This document shows, one piece after another, positions 36,553 to 50,194 of a stretch of DNA of 64,000 nt (its first letter is position 1; each line of letters begins with the position of its first letter). The stretch is from Felis catus (lineage: Eukaryota). The stretch is from positions 1,242,001 through 1,306,000 of the forward strand of contig NC_058369.1 in the NCBI RefSeq assembly GCF_018350175.1, read 5' to 3'. Made by a program: the position numbers and the translations under genes. Below the pieces are notes generated by a model. It made no database searches. It saw nothing but the letters and a program-made list of their open reading frames with translations, and had not been told where the DNA came from.

Positions 36553-38974
36553 CTGCAGGGGACAGGACAGGAGGGCTCTCAGGGCCTGCCCAGAGAGTGA
36601 CCCAGCCCCCGCGTCTGCATCCACAAGTCCAGGGGGACAAAAGCCTGGCTTTGCCTGACTGTAAGGAAATGGTCCTTCTTCCCCCGAACCCCAGGGCCCT
36701 CGGGGTGTCCAGGAAAGGGATGCGCTGTGGGGAGGGGCCCCGAGCAGGCAAGAGGGCCTGGCGTGAGTCACTATGGTGCCCAGGCCAGGCCTCGCGGCTC
36801 ACCCGGGACAACCTCCGCAGCCCAACTGGCCCCCTGGGCTGCAGAGGATCAAAGACAGCAAGGCGGTCAGTGGGAGGGGGTGAGTCACCGGCTTCTGGCT
36901 TCTAGGCGGGGTTCCCAGCAGGGGTGGCCCTGCCTGCTTTCCCACAGCCTCCAACACGAGGCCCTGAATTTCTGGCCTCAGTCTTCCCTCTGTGAAACAG
37001 GGAGGCACTGCCCTCCTGGTCATGCGCTGCTCCCTCTGAGGTCCCACTGTCGCCCGACCATGGCTCATAGGACGGGCCTCCAAGGCCTCCGGCTGCAATA
37101 GTGTAGACACCGGACCGCCCTCTGCCCAGCCCTGCCCGGGCCACAGCCAGCACTGTCCCGTTTTGCCACCAGGACAGAGCTCCTCACAGGCTCCCATGCC
37201 CAGCTAAGAAACCATCCTTGCAGGGAGAGGCCCACTGGAGGTCACCCGCTAGTCCCCAGGACCGGAGGAAGGGTGCTAGACCCTGAGCAGGGAAGGAAGG
37301 CAGCTGGGGCTTGGAGAAACCTTGTCTTACCCGCCCGAGAGAGCTGCTGGAATAATCTTCTGCAGAGCAGATGGGCCACAGTGAGGACGGATGGCCCCTG
37401 GCTTGAGATGTGAGGCCTTTGAGGCCAGGACACTGAGGCCCAGCAGAGGCCTTCAGGAGATAGCTCTAATTTAGCTCCCTGCACCCTGGCCGATTAGGTG
37501 GCCGGGGCCTCAGGTGGGTGAGGGGGCCTCTGTGCACGGTGGTGGTGCTGATGCTGGGTGACCCGAGCCAGGTCACTGCCCCTCCCTGGGGCCTCAGGAC
37601 AACTGGGGACGGGGCTCCAGCAGGAGGATCATCCAGAGAAGGAACTCCAGGAAAGCCCCAGAGAAACACCGAGGGGCCCAGGGCAGAAGGAGCTGGGCCA
37701 GATTCCTACAAACTGGAGGCCCGGAAGCCAGGCCGGCAGCAGAGGGGGCAGGCGGAGGTCAGAGGGAGCGGCTGAAAACACAGGCGCAGGCCTCTCAGCC
37801 TCCCCACCCCCCTGTGCAGGGCTGCGAGGAGGCCTGGGCCGGGCCAGGCCAGGCAGACGGGAGAAGGGAGTGCTCCGGCCCTTGGCCCTGCCCGGTGGGG
37901 GTCTGGCCTCCGTAGGGAGGCAGGCACATAGTCACCAACGCCAGAAACCAGCACCCTGCCTTGGGCTCCTCCAGAGGTCTCGAGAGGGACCAGGTCACTA
38001 CTTCTACCTGGGAGGAGGGGCCCCAGGGTAACCACATAGGGGTGGACAGCAGCGGGGGTGGGGGGGGACGCTCAGGGCCAGCAGCCGCTCACCTCCGTCT
38101 AGTGACCTCGGCCCCAGGCCTGACCCACGTCTGTGGCTGGGTGATGGAAGGAAGCTGCCTGTAGCTCCTCGGACCGAGGAACAGTGCGAGGACCCTCAAG
38201 GGGGCCTATGGGTCCCCTCGCCACCCCCACAAGCCTGTCCCAGCCTCCACCTTGGTGGCTTGGCCACCCCTGATGAAAGCAGCTCCTGTGTCCTTGTCTC
38301 CACCTGCAGGGAGACTCGGGGCAAACATCTCTTTCCAAGGCTCCGATTTCCCAACTGAAAATGGGGAAAGTGTGTTGGGAGACGCCCAGCAGAAAGGGTC
38401 CCGGCAGTGCTGCTGCTGGACTGGGGCGGGAGGGCGAGGCCCAGCCCAAGAAGCAAGCTCAGCATGGCGGGAGGGGAGTCCCAGAGTGGCCGAGAGGACC
38501 TTCTCATAGCTGAGGCTCCCTGGCCAGGGTCCTTCCCACTCCTCAGGACTCCCATGGTCCCACCTGGGAGCAGCCTCCAGTCCCAAGCAATGTGGGCGGG
38601 CTGGGCCTGGGGCTGGCCTCAGGCCTCCAGTCAGCAGGCCTTGGCAGGAGGCGGCTGGAATCATCCAGAAAGTTCGAGTTTGCTTTGGCTGCCGTGCTGG
38701 CCCCTCACATTGACCCTGCCCTAGCTCATGCCCAGCCCCAGGAGGGAATAGACCACTGCCGGTGACGTCTCGGGTCCACCCCCCGCTTCAGCCCGGCCCC
38801 GGACACTTGGACTTGCCAAGGCTGTTGCTCCCCTGGCAGGGGGGAAAGCGAGGATGACAGGCGTGTGGGCAGGGGTGGGGCACGCTGGCCCAAGATGTGG
38901 CTGGACAGGCCTGGGAATTCTAACCCAAACAGTCTCAGCTTGCTCCTCCCACCCCGGTTCTGGGAGTGCCTGTG

Positions 38975-39011
38975 TACACACACACACACACATGAAAGTG
39001 CGCCGCGCGCG

Positions 39012-39064
<53 letters not shown>

Positions 39065-39080
39065 GCGCGTGCCCACACAC
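38975..39080. repeat. (CA)n/(CG)n microsatellite
   Basis: gcgcgcgcacgc followed by a long (ac)n run. Confidence 0.95.
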
Positions 39081-39800
39081 ACCCAGGTCCTGCCTTCTTT
39101 ACAGGGCAACAGGTCCCTGCCCAAGAAGGCCCAGGGAAGCCATTACATAACGCGGCTGGTGGGGTGGGGAGGCCGTTGACATCACTGCGTCCCCTGAGCC
39201 AGCCCCGTGGGGCCCCTCCCCAGCACCTGCCCGCCCCCCCCAGACTCGCTCATCTGAGACCAAGACTGCAGCCATGGGGCCACCGCAGAAACTTCCTGCT
39301 CCCACAGGAAATAGCACTTGGGCCCGGACTGTCTGGGAGGCGCAGGGCTGAGGGGCATCCAATTCACTCCCTTATTCCAAGGACCACCTAGGAGGGCTTT
39401 CTGGGACCTGCAGTCCTACCTCGGATTCCTGGAGGAAAGACCCCACAGACCCACAGGTCCAAGGCGCTGAGGACTGGACTGTGGCCTGAGCTCCCTAGCA
39501 GTGCACAGGGGTTTGCAGGGGACACACAACCAGGTGCTCCCAAGGGCCTGGGGGCCCTGACCGCGCCTGGGGTTCCTAGAGGAAAGACCTCACAGTCCCC
39601 AGGGCGCTGGGGACTGGACTGTGGCCCGCTGACCACCCCCACCAGCGCACTCCCGGCTGGGGCAGCCCCAGACACACGGCGGGGGGGTGGGGAGGGCGGG
39701 CAGCAGCCACGGGTGGATCCCGGGGTTGGGGGCTACGCGCCCCCCACCGGCCACTCGAGTGGTCCAGCCCCAGGCGACCCCAAACCCACCCGGCCCTCAC

Positions 39801-39851
39801 CTTGAACGAACGGTGGAAGCCCTGAAGTTCGGCTGTTTTCTTCTGCACCAT
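39801..39851 (-). CDS. MKNK2: MKNK2 first coding part of exon 2 (exon spans 39801-39936)
   Basis: MVQKKTAELQGFHRSFK; Kozak AAGATGG; GTGAGG donor. Confidence 0.96.
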
Positions 39852-40072
39852 CTTCTGTCCGGGCCCCGCCAGCGGGGGAGGGGACGGCGGGCCCGGGGGA
39901 GCGGCCCGTGGGCGGGGGGCGGCCGGGTAGGGGACCCTGCAGGCGGGAGCAGACAAAGGAGAACGTGAGTGGCTGCGGCCAGCGCGCCGTGAGCCCCGGA
40001 CGCCGAGGCTCCGCGGGGCCCGATCCCCGAGACCGGGTCGGGGCCAGGCCAGCGTCGCCGGGCCGCACTCAC

Positions 40073-40235
40073 CGGGGTCGGACTCGGGCCGGGGCCGCAG
40101 TGCCACCGCCGCCGCCGCCCGAGACACGCAGCCCGGACCCCACTGCGCGGACCGCGCGGGGAACAGCGCCGCCGCTGCCGCCGCCGCCACCACCGCGGAC
40201 TCCTCTGCCTGGGCCGCCGCCGCCGCCGAGAGGAG
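40073..40235 (-). other. MKNK2: MKNK2 non-coding exon 1 (5' end approximate)
   Basis: GTGAGT donor at 40072; lies ~25-30 nt downstream of a TATA box. Confidence 0.75.
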
Positions 40236-40420
40236 CCGGGCGCACCGCCCCGCCGCCGCCTTTATAGGCCAGGCTTCGCCCCGCCCAATACGCATGCCCC
40301 GCCTCCGCCAATCCCGCCCACAAGCGCACAACGGGGGCGGGGCTGGAGAGCTCGCCGGGCCGCGTGCGGCTGCGCACTCGGGCCTGGAGGGGTTTCCGCG
40401 CGCCTGCGCAGTGAGGTGCG
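40236..40420 (-). promoter_or_regulatory. MKNK2: MKNK2 core promoter in CpG island
   Basis: TATAAA at 40261-40266 (minus), CCAAT at 40285-40289 and 40308-40312, several GC boxes. Confidence 0.85.
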
Positions 40421-41509
40421 CGGGGCTACAGGGGAAGGACCTGGGAGGGATGTTGGCGGTTGTGGGCAGGGGTGTGGGTGCTGGACTGGCCGCCTGAGGC
40501 CCTGGGAGGCCCGCGGATCCCCGGCACCGAGCTGAAGCCGGGCCCTACGCTCTGGCAACTCCCCCGGGATGCCGGCCAGGGCCTGGGACACACTGACTCC
40601 TTTGGGCGACTTCCCTGCCCTAGAATACACCATGGCTCCCTCTTGCAGCTCCCCAATCCCGGAAGAGCGTGCTGTGGCTCTCTCTAGATTAATGCCACAA
40701 CCTGGGACCCTGGACCAAGAAAGAGCCCCGGGGGTGGGGGGCAGCCAGGACAGGAGATAAAATGCCATCCCATTTGGGCCGGCGCCCCCACCACCCAGGC
40801 TCGGTAGAATCGGCTCTTCCGGAGCTGGGCCAGCTCCCTGTCCCTGAAGCACTGTGGTGCAAAGTCCTCAGACTCCAAGCCCTGGGCGCGTGGAAGCGCA
40901 AGCCTGTGGGGTGAACCCACCTCCGTCTCCTCCAGACCTCAGCTCGCCCTGCCACCACCCAAACCCAACTGTCCCCCAACCAGGCCCCGCTGACCTGAAA
41001 CTGAATTGTCCCCTTCCAGGGGGCTGCCTCTATGTGCCGCCTGCCAAGGCCACAGCTCAGGCCACACCTGACTTCAGTCAGCCCCAAGTCCTCTGTCCCC
41101 TGCGTGTGTGTGCGTGTGTGTGTTTGTGTAGACACACACTTTGGCTTCAAGTGCCTGGGGTGGGGCTGTTAGACCTGCCTGCCCCGGAGAGGCCACCTGG
41201 AAGCTGCCTCCTCCTCCTCCCTCCCTCCTTTCTTGGCTGTCCCCTCCCACCTCTGCCTCCACAGGGGCCCTCTCTGTGTGTACATGGTTACCTGAAGGTT
41301 TTCATGCGCTTCGGGTGGCTCAGGGGGGTACAGATGGGTCACTGCCCCTCCTCGGGTCAGCTCCATAAGAGCACAGCCCTGTCCACTGCCCATCCAGAGC
41401 CCAGCACACCGGGCCTGGTGCACGGGGAGTGCTCACCGAATATTGCTGGAAGGAATAGGTGTGTCTGAGCGTCTGTGTGTGCATGGTTGTGTGTTTGTGC
41501 CTACGGGGC

Positions 41510-41900
41510 TTGTGTAAGTGTGTTAGCCTCTGTGGCTTCTGTAACACGGCGTCGCACACTGGGGAGGCCTGAAACAGAAATGTATGCTCTCCCATTCTGG
41601 AGACCAGGAGTCTGAAATCAAGGTCTCCGCAGGGCCACACCCTCTCGGAAAGCTCCAGGGGAGGATGCTTCCTGCTTCTCCCAGCTTCCGGGGTTGGAGT
41701 CCCTCAGGCTTGTAGACGCCTCCCCCTGCTCCCCGCCTCCACCTTCAGGTGGCCGTCTCCTCTGCGTCTGCTCTTTGCTCAGCACCCCTCATCTTGTCCA
41801 GTTATACCTGCCAAGACCCTGTCGCCAGATGTCACATTCACGGGTTCCAGGGGTTGAGTCGTGGACGTGTCTTTCTGGGGAACGTGGTTCAGCCCAGGAC
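41510..41900 (-). mobile_element. MLT1-type LTR
   Basis: aaacagaaatgtatgctctcccattctggagaccaggagtctgaaatcaagg...gtcacattcacgggttccagggg. Confidence 0.8.
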
Positions 41901-42264
41901 AGGAAAGTCGGTCTACACCCCAGTGTGGGTGTTTAGCTGCGTCCTCCCTCACGTGTGCACCTGTGTGGGGTTGCCATTCACACTGACCTCAGGGAACGGA
42001 AACGAACGAAGGCCTTGCCCCGGGGCCATCTTCCCAGGTGCAGCCACGCTCAGGGCCTGGTGGCCGATCCTGGAGCCTGGCCAGTGGGGACAGACTTGTT
42101 CCCAAAGCCAGAAGCCAGGCCCAGCACTGGGCACCGTTCAGACAAGCTGCCTCAGCGTCACACAGCCCAGACAGGTGGTCCCTTTGTGGGCCCCAGGCTG
42201 TAGGTGGGCAGACAGGACGATGGCCCTGCCTCTGGGGTCTTTCCAGCAGGTCTCCCCAGTACTA

Positions 42265-42420
42265 GTGACGTAGTGGCAGGTCATTCTTCGTGGGGGCCGT
42301 CCTAGGCACTGCGGGGTGTTGAGCAGCGTCCATGCCCTCCCACTTGATGTAGAGCACGCCCCGAGTTATGACAGCCACAAGTGTCCCCAGACATCACCAG
42401 TGTCCCCTGCTGACTCCTGC
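42265..42420. mobile_element. MER20-like DNA transposon
   Basis: gcaggtcattcttcgtgggggccgtcctaggcactgcggggtgttgagcagc...gtccccagacatcaccagtgtcccctg. Confidence 0.75.
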
Positions 42421-43874
42421 AGTCCCTTGCCCAGTGTGTGAGAAGGTGGGGACCGCGAGGGGAGCGCACACTTGTGTGAACGCTGGGAGGGGCCGCGACG
42501 CACACGGTGGGCCCCCTGAGCGGGTGGGGGCCATGCGTGAAGCGCACACACGTGCAGGCTTCTGTGCGCACCCCGGGCTGCATAGGGGTATGTTCAATCA
42601 GTTCACGCACATACCCTGAGCAGGTCAGGTCAGAGACGCCCCCCCTCCCCCCCCCGCAGAGATGCCGGAGCCCCTGGGTCTGAGAGCCGGGCCTAACCTC
42701 GTCGGTACAGGTGCCTGTGGGTGCCTGTGCTATGCAGGCCCTAGCCTGGCCTGCACTGGTGGCCATAGGGACGGGCAGGGGGAATGTAGGAAGGGGAGGG
42801 GCGCCTGTGCCCAGCCTGCAGGCTCTCGGGCCTAGGCCCTGTCCTGCTGTGGGCCAGCCCCACAGATCCCCACAGCCAAAGCCTACCATCTTCCTGGAGG
42901 AGGCCCTGTTTATGGGCTGAGGTCCCAGAGGTGCCGGGTGCCCGGGGGCCAGGGATCGAGGGAGAGAGAGGGCTGGGAGGTACCTGCCAGCCACCCTGCC
43001 TCCCTCCTCTTGGACCCCCAGGGGTCCCGCTCCCCGCCTCTGACCTCCTCTGGGGGTGGAAGGAATCTGCCAGGCAGGTGAGGGCAGGAAGACGGTGTCC
43101 TGGCCCCTGCTCCTCACACCTCCCCAGCTCCTGGTGACTGTCACTGGGGCGCGGGGGAGGGTGCAGTCCCAGCCGAGGCAAAGGACAGACACAGCTGGTG
43201 GGCAGGACAGGGAGGGCCCAGGGCAACACCGCTTCCCACCCCTCCGATGCCAGATGCCGAGGGGGTTGCCAGAGCCTGGGAGGGGGGCTCAGGACAGCCC
43301 TGGGGGCCCAGGGGCTACTTTGAGGCTCCCAGAGCCGCAGGTACTGGCCTGAAAAAGGACAAGTGGGAAATGATTCCCTGGCTCCTGGGCCACCCCCTCC
43401 CCTCCACCCCCACCTCCCCATGCAGTTTTTTTTTTTTTATTCCAGCCGCCCCTGTGGCTCCCTAGGGGCTCAAGGAGGGGGGTGCTGACCCCCTTTCCCG
43501 CCGCAGTCATGAAGCTGGCTTGGCAAAGCTTAGACCGAAGGTGCAGGGACTCTGCTCTCTCCAAGAGTCTACACCCAGCCAGGCCCCTGAGAAGCCCCTC
43601 GCTTCTGCGGGGTGACTCTCAGCCTATGCCGTACGTGGGCTCTCCCCCACACCCCAGAGGAGACAGCAGGCAGGTCCTGACTTCCATCCTTGGGGTCTCT
43701 GCTTCTGCCAGCCTCCTCTGAGCCAGGAGGCAAGCTTCTGTGCTCAGTGGTCTCCCCTCTGACCACCCCCTCCTTGGCCTGAGCCCTGGGCCCCTGCGGG
43801 GGCTTGGGTGCTCACCTCCTGGGCAGTGCCTGGGGGAGCCCCGGGAACTCAGGGCCTCCACATCCCAGCAGGCA

Positions 43875-44056
43875 GAGCTCCCAGATTTAGCCAATAAATT
43901 ACAGAACACCCAGTTAAATGTGGATTTCGGAGAGACAATGAATACTTTTCAGAGAGAGTCCCGCGCATACAAATATCCCAAACCTTATTCATCACTTCTC
44001 TGAAATTCAAATTTAACTTGGTAACGGTGGGGTCCTGTAGCTTACCTGACAACCCT
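43875..44056. mobile_element. MER53-like DNA transposon
   Basis: ccagatttagccaataaattacagaacacccagttaaat...tctgaaattcaaatttaact...ctgacaaccct. Confidence 0.75.
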
Positions 44057-45569
44057 ACCAGGGGGCAACGGCAAAGACCTTTCTCCCCCTGGCATTACAA
44101 ACAAGGCGCCGGTCTGGTGTGAGCATGTGTGAGTGTGACCAGATTGGGGTGTGTAGGTCTGTGCACGTTTAGAGAAGCAATGAGGGGCGTGGGAGCCGGG
44201 TGGAGGTGCGTGGCCCATGCACCTGCTGGTGTGCACACGCTGGAGAGAAGACGGGGCCTGTGTCCGGGGCCGGGTGACGTGGGGCATGTCTGGGATGGCT
44301 CCAGTGTGCTCAGAAGCAGTGCCTTTGGGGGACGGCCCTGGCCTCTCCCTCTCCTGCTCAGAGCTGGGCCCCTGAGACTCAGAGGGCCTTAAAGCCCTGA
44401 GCTGGTGTGGGACACCTGGGTCCCAGTGCAGCCTCAAAGGAGGACCAGGGTGCTGGGATCAGGATTGAGAGTTGGGGTGAGCATGGCAGTGGGGGTAGGG
44501 GACTCGTGGAATTAGAGTCCCAAGCTGGTGCCCAGCCTAGCCTGTACCCTCTCCACCCATTGCCATCTGTCTGGTCCCCCATGGACAGGAACCCCAAGCC
44601 CGAGGAGATCCCCAGAAAAGCGAGGGTCACGAGCTGGGGCTTCTAGAAGGTTGTGGGACCACGCGGCAGGAACATCTGATGCAAGTGGCTGTAAGTGTCC
44701 CTTCCTGCTGACTGACTCACAGCCCGCTCCATTCCGGTGGCTCAGCAGTCCTGGGGACGGAGCCAGGGCCGCCGGCCTCGGCGAGGGTGGGGGAAGGGCG
44801 GGGAGAAGGGAAAGCAGGGGTGGGCGTGGCCAGGAGTTCTGGGCTGCGCTGCCCGCCTGGCTGTGGGTGTCTCTGGCCGTGGGCGTCTTTCTGGGAGCCA
44901 TGGGCGGCGCGTGTGGTTTCTTGGGGGGTCAGTCATTGAAAGTCCCCAAGGTGGGGGCAGGGGTGGGGCTGGGGGCTGGCAGGGCAGGCCCAGCAGATGG
45001 CCAAAGGCCACCACTCTGCCCTAGTGACCCACGATGGGGCCCTTGGCTTGTCATCTTGTTTCCTCTCCGCCCCGTCCTCCAAGGCACTGGAGGTGGCTCT
45101 TGGGGAATCCGGGGCCCCCACTCCCAGCTGACCTCTCCGACGATAACCTGGGGCATCATGTACAAGAACCCCCGGTTTTGAGGAGGGTGGGGAGCTTCCG
45201 GGCGTGGGTGCAGGTCCTGGGAGGCCAAAAGGGTGGTAGGTTAGGGAGGGAGAGGGCAGCAGATGCAGGGGGACATCGCATGCCCGGCCAGGCCACACCA
45301 CTCAGGTCACCTGCCCCAAACCCTCTTGCAGCCCAGGGCCTCTCCCTGCCGGTTGACCCCAGACACTATCTGGAGGCTGCTTCCTTGGGGCTGCTCCTGG
45401 CCAGTCTGGGTCCCAGGCCTGGGGGGGGGGGGGCGGGGGGGGGCACTGAGTTCTGCATGTCCTAGTGACACACAGGTTCCCCTCTTCCTAGGGCCAGGCC
45501 GAAGGCAGAGCTGGCTCCATGCCTCAGAAAGCTCAGTCACGCCCTGGGGTCAGCAGAGTGACAGCACAA

Positions 45570-45970
45570 ACAAGTCCTGCCCGACTGCCAGCAACCTGTC
45601 TGTGGCCGTGAACCCTAGCGGCAGAAGGCACTTTGCGAATGAGATTAAGGCCCCTGAGGTGGGGGTGACCCTGGGTTCCCTGGAGGCCCAGAGTCCTCAC
45701 AAGGTCCTCCCGAGAGGGAGGCAGAGGGTCAGAGGCAGAGGTGGGCAGAGGCAGAGGTGGGCAGAAGCTGCCGGGGGGAAGGGGGGGGTGTTGGGGGGGG
45801 GTGGGAGACGTGTCTTCCTGGGCCTTCGGGAGGAAACAGCCCTCACCTGGCTTTTAGCCCGAGTCCTGTGTGGGATTCCCGACCTCCACAAGTGTCACAG
45901 AATAGATTTCTGCCATTTTAAGCCCCCGAAACTGGTCATTCTTACAGTAGTCCTGGGAGGCTCACACAGG
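45570..45970 (+). mobile_element. MLT1-type LTR
   Basis: ggcagaaggcactttgcgaatgagattaagg...atagatttctgccattttaagcc. Confidence 0.75.
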
Positions 45971-47819
45971 CATTGACGCCTGGCGGTGCCATTTTGCAGA
46001 TGAGCACAGTGAGGCAGGTCCAGCTAGGCCCACAGGAGGCAAACCTGGCCGAGAGGGCGGAGGACAGTGGCGATGTGTCCAGGAGGCAGGAGGGGGCTGG
46101 AAGTCTGGACTCCGGGCCGGTGCCTGTGGCCGAAAGCGGCTGGTGCAGGGACCCGGCTCCAGCCTCCGGGAATGCCCTCCCCCAGGGCTGGATTTGCTAA
46201 TGCTGCTAAAAGCTCGAGCGGATCCGCGGCGGGACTTGTGACCCGGCGCCTCTGGACCCTCCTCGCCCTCTGCAGCCGGACGCCCGCGGCGCCCAGCCCG
46301 TTCCCACGCCGTGACCCCCGCCGGGCTTGCCGCCCCCAGGGTCCCTCCTCCTGCTCATCCGCACGTCGGGACCCCGGGGTGGCGGGGGGGGGGGGGGGGC
46401 GAGGGCGCCGACAGGGGCGGGCGGGGTGGACTCCGGAGTCTAGGCCGCTCGCCCAGGGGAACTCGCTGCGGCCGCGCCTGCGCCCTAGCTCCGGCGCTGG
46501 GCCCCTCTGCCCCGAGGCGGGAGCGGTTGCCGGGCAACGCGTTTGCGTCACCCAGCCTGGCGCGGTGCCCAGGCTCCCTGGGTGTGGAAGATGGGCCCTG
46601 GAGCTGGGCCAATAGGATTCCAAGGACTGAGCGCGGGGGGCGTGGCTGAGCCCCACAATTCAGCCAATGGGATTGTTCTCCTCTGGGTCGCGCAAGAAGG
46701 GCCGCGCTCCTTTTAAAGGGACCGCGCACATCTTTCCCGCTTTGCTTGCCCCGAGGGCGCGACCCCAAAGTGAGGGTCCGAGGGCCGGCCCCGGGGTGTG
46801 TGTGTGGGGGGGTGTTTCCTTGTGCCTCAGTTTCCTCAGGTGCGCATATCAGAGGCACGTGAACGGAGCATCCAGAGTCCGCTGCTCCCTGGAAGGGAAT
46901 CCCCGCATTTATGCGGCGCCACGGTGTGCACCTAGACCTCAGGCACCTCCGGCATGAGGATCACCCAAGCTCCTCGGCTTTAGGGCAAGCACGCCCTCAG
47001 AAAGCCACACCGCAGTTGGGAACCTTATTTGTCCCCAGGCTTGGGCCCCTGCGCCCACCCTTCTAATCCTGGGGCCAGGAAACTGCCTTTACAAGGACCC
47101 CTTCCTGACCTGCAGGGTTCGGGAGGTTGGTTCCCCTGGGCTTTAGGTCTCCGGCAGTATCCCCTCCAGCCCTGTATCCGACAGCGGAAAACAAAGGGGT
47201 GGTGGTGAACATCTGGTCCCCATGGGCTCTGAGGGCCGGTGTCCATGGCCACAGTGTCCCTCCACCCTGGACCGGCCCTCCTTTCTCTCAACTGGTCCAG
47301 GTCAATGAAAACACAAATCAGGGGTAAGCAGTGACATTGGCTGATCCTGGGTGCAGACAGCCGCTGAAATGTTACCCAAACCACTCACCAGCCTCTGTGC
47401 CCCCAGCTTGGAGTGTCCCCCGAGGTGGCCTTCAGGGATTGGAGATGTCTGCGGCCAGGGCCCCTGCCGAGGCTGCTCTCAAAGACTGGGACTGGCATCT
47501 GGAGAGGTGGCAGGACCCACAGATTTGGGGAGAAGGACAGCAGGGCAGAGCCCTGGTCCAAGTCAGGCTTTGGGGGGTGGACCCAGTCCCCCCCTGGTGG
47601 CCTTCCTTCCTGTCCCTGCATCACCCTCACCTCAGCCCCCTTGGACACCACTACCTGGGACGACCTGCTTTGAGCCTGGTTCCCTGGCCATGTAAGATGT
47701 CAGCTTTAGGGGAAACTGGGTGGGGGTACCTGGAAACCCTCAGTTTTGCAAATTTTGTTTAGTCTAGAACTAGTTCAAAATGAAGTAAAATTAAAAAAAG
47801 AAAGCACACCACTATTATT

Positions 47820-48262
47820 TTCTTTTTAAGTTTATTTATTTTTGAGACAGAGCGTGAGCTGGGGAGGGGCAGAGAGAGAGACGGAGACACAGAATCCCAA
47901 GCAGGCTCCAGGCTCTGAGACATCAGCACAGAGCCCAACGCGGGGCTCGAACTCACGGATCGTGAGATCATGACCTGAGCCGAAGTCGGACACTCAACCG
48001 ACTGAGCCACCCAGGCGCCCCAGAATGTGTGTGGTTTTTTTTTTTTTTAATTTTTTTTTCAATGTTTATTTATTTTTGGGACAGAGAGAGACAGAGCATG
48101 AACGGGGGAGGGGCAGAGAGAGAGGGAGACACAGAATGGGAAACAGGCTCCAGGCTCTGAGCCATCAGCCCAGAGCCCGACGCGGGGCTCGAACTCCCGG
48201 ACCGCGAGATCCTGACCTGGCTGAAGTCGGATGCTTAACCAACTGCGCCACCCAGGCGCCCC
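47820..48262 (-). mobile_element. Two adjacent Can-SINEs (~47820-48021; young felid-type 48039-48262)
   Basis: Second copy has TSD agaatgtgtgtggtttt at 48022-48038 and 48263-48279. Confidence 0.93.
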
Positions 48263-49319
48263 AGAATGTGTGTGGTTTTAAGGCACCAAGTTTTGGTGGT
48301 ATGTTACAGGGGCCCAGGACACCGTGCCCTGCCCCCAGGCTGATCCTTAGGGATGAGCCTGCACCAGCCTCCCCTTGCTGCTGTGACAGAGCAGCACATC
48401 TTCCCTGGAAGCTTCTGGAGACTGGACTGACAGAGTACGTTCATTCAACAGAGGGTGCGGTGGGGTCCCCCTGCTCTGGACTTCTCCTCCAGGACTCCCT
48501 CCAAAATGCCTGTTCTGGCCTTGGCCTGGCCAGGTGGCTGGAACTCACAGCTGTTCCCAGAGCCGCGCAGAGAACAGTCAGGAAGATCTGCTCACACAAA
48601 GAGAGGAAATGGGCTGGACGGCGGAGAAAGGGCCGAGGGGCGAGCAGATGCAGGGTGTCTGCCGGGACCCCGGGCTCGTGGCCACCTCCTGTGCCGTGAT
48701 GGACCAGGGACCTTGCTGTGGGGTCCCAGCCAGCCCTGTACCCATCCCCCACTGAGGTCAGGATTGGGGGTCCGGTGCCCAGTGAGAGGGAAAATCAGCA
48801 AGCTGGTAAGTCCCGGGTGGAGGTCCCGGGGTGGGGGACACAGGGTGGCCACCTGACTATATCGCCACTTTCCAGCAAAGTGCTGGAGAGTGCCAAGTGT
48901 CACCAGTGTGAAATCCAGGTCAACCCGGCATCTGACTGAAGCTCAGACAGGCCTGGGGCTGGGCGGCAAGGTGGCGGGGACCAGCCCCCCCCGGGGACAG
49001 ACAGAGCTGTCTCCAGGCTGTCGTCCCTGGTGGCCTTCCTGCGGACGGCATCCCCATCTAGGGACGGGAGGCCCACAGCAGGGAGGGGCAGAGCCGAGCA
49101 GCTGGTTTTGTTTTTCATCCACTGTCTTTGGAAAGAAGGGCAGATGGCTCCAGAAATATCTAGGAACGCACCCCCCTCCCTGGGTGGTGACCGGCAGTGC
49201 CATCGGAAGGTCAGCAGAGTGTAGTGTAAACAGTGGCTTCAAAACAGCAGACCTGCACAAAACTCTGCTGTGGCTGGGGACAGCAGAGGTGACAACAGCC
49301 CCAACGTCTGACAATTGCA

Positions 49320-49735
49320 CGTGACGTGTCCACCGTGCACGCGCACGCCCCTCAGGTGCCTCCACCGCGCACGCGCACGTCCCTCGGCCGCGAGCAGGCG
49401 CGAGAGTCGCCCACTTCCGCCGCCCCGAGGACGGACCCCGGACCCAAGACGCTCAGGGAGGGAACCACACACGAGAGGCCACACGGGGTGTGAGTCCACG
49501 TGTGTGAAACGTGCAGAGCAGACCCATCCACGGACGGGGAGGGGACTCGTGGGGGCCCGGGGCCGGGGGAGGGGGTGCCGGCGGGTGGTGATGAGGTTTC
49601 TGTTAGGTGAGAATGTTCGGGAGCTGGATAGAGGTGATGATTGCACAACTTTGCAAATGTGCCAAATGCCACCGAACTGTTGACCTCGACTGGGTGACTT
49701 GTATGGCATGTCAGTGACACCTCAGTAGAGATGTT
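49320..49735 (+). mobile_element. L1MB-type 3' end, GC-shifted (copy C)
   Basis: gaatgttcgggagctggatagaggtgatgattgcacaactttgcaaatgtgcc...accgaactg. Confidence 0.75.
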
Positions 49736-50194
49736 TGACCACGACAGAAGCCAGCGCGGTGGCGGTTTGTGATGGCGCGTGGTGACCGGGGACGAGGGGT
49801 TGACAGCACTGGGCGGGCGCGAAGGGCCGCCTGCTGCCCTGCTAACCCGGATGGGACGCACAGCAGATGACCACAAGTGCCGGCCAGCGCTTGGCACGTT
49901 TCCTGGCCGCGGCGGGTCACCGCAGGCAAAGATCTGCGTGAACGCGGAAGAGGCCAGCGGGCGCGTGAGAGGCTGCCACGTTGCAGATCGAGAGCTGAGC
50001 ACCGGACCACGCTTTTGAACACGATTGGCAACAGGAGACCAGGCATTCGAGAAAACGCCTCGCTCACAAGAAACGTCGGATCGTGTGCGCACAGACATGG
50101 CTGGGAGGGTGTGACGTCGGCTGCGGTCTCCGCGCTCCCCAGCGACGCGGCAGACACCGGCACCCCGGGTCAGGAACGTCCCCTACAGCCTTTG

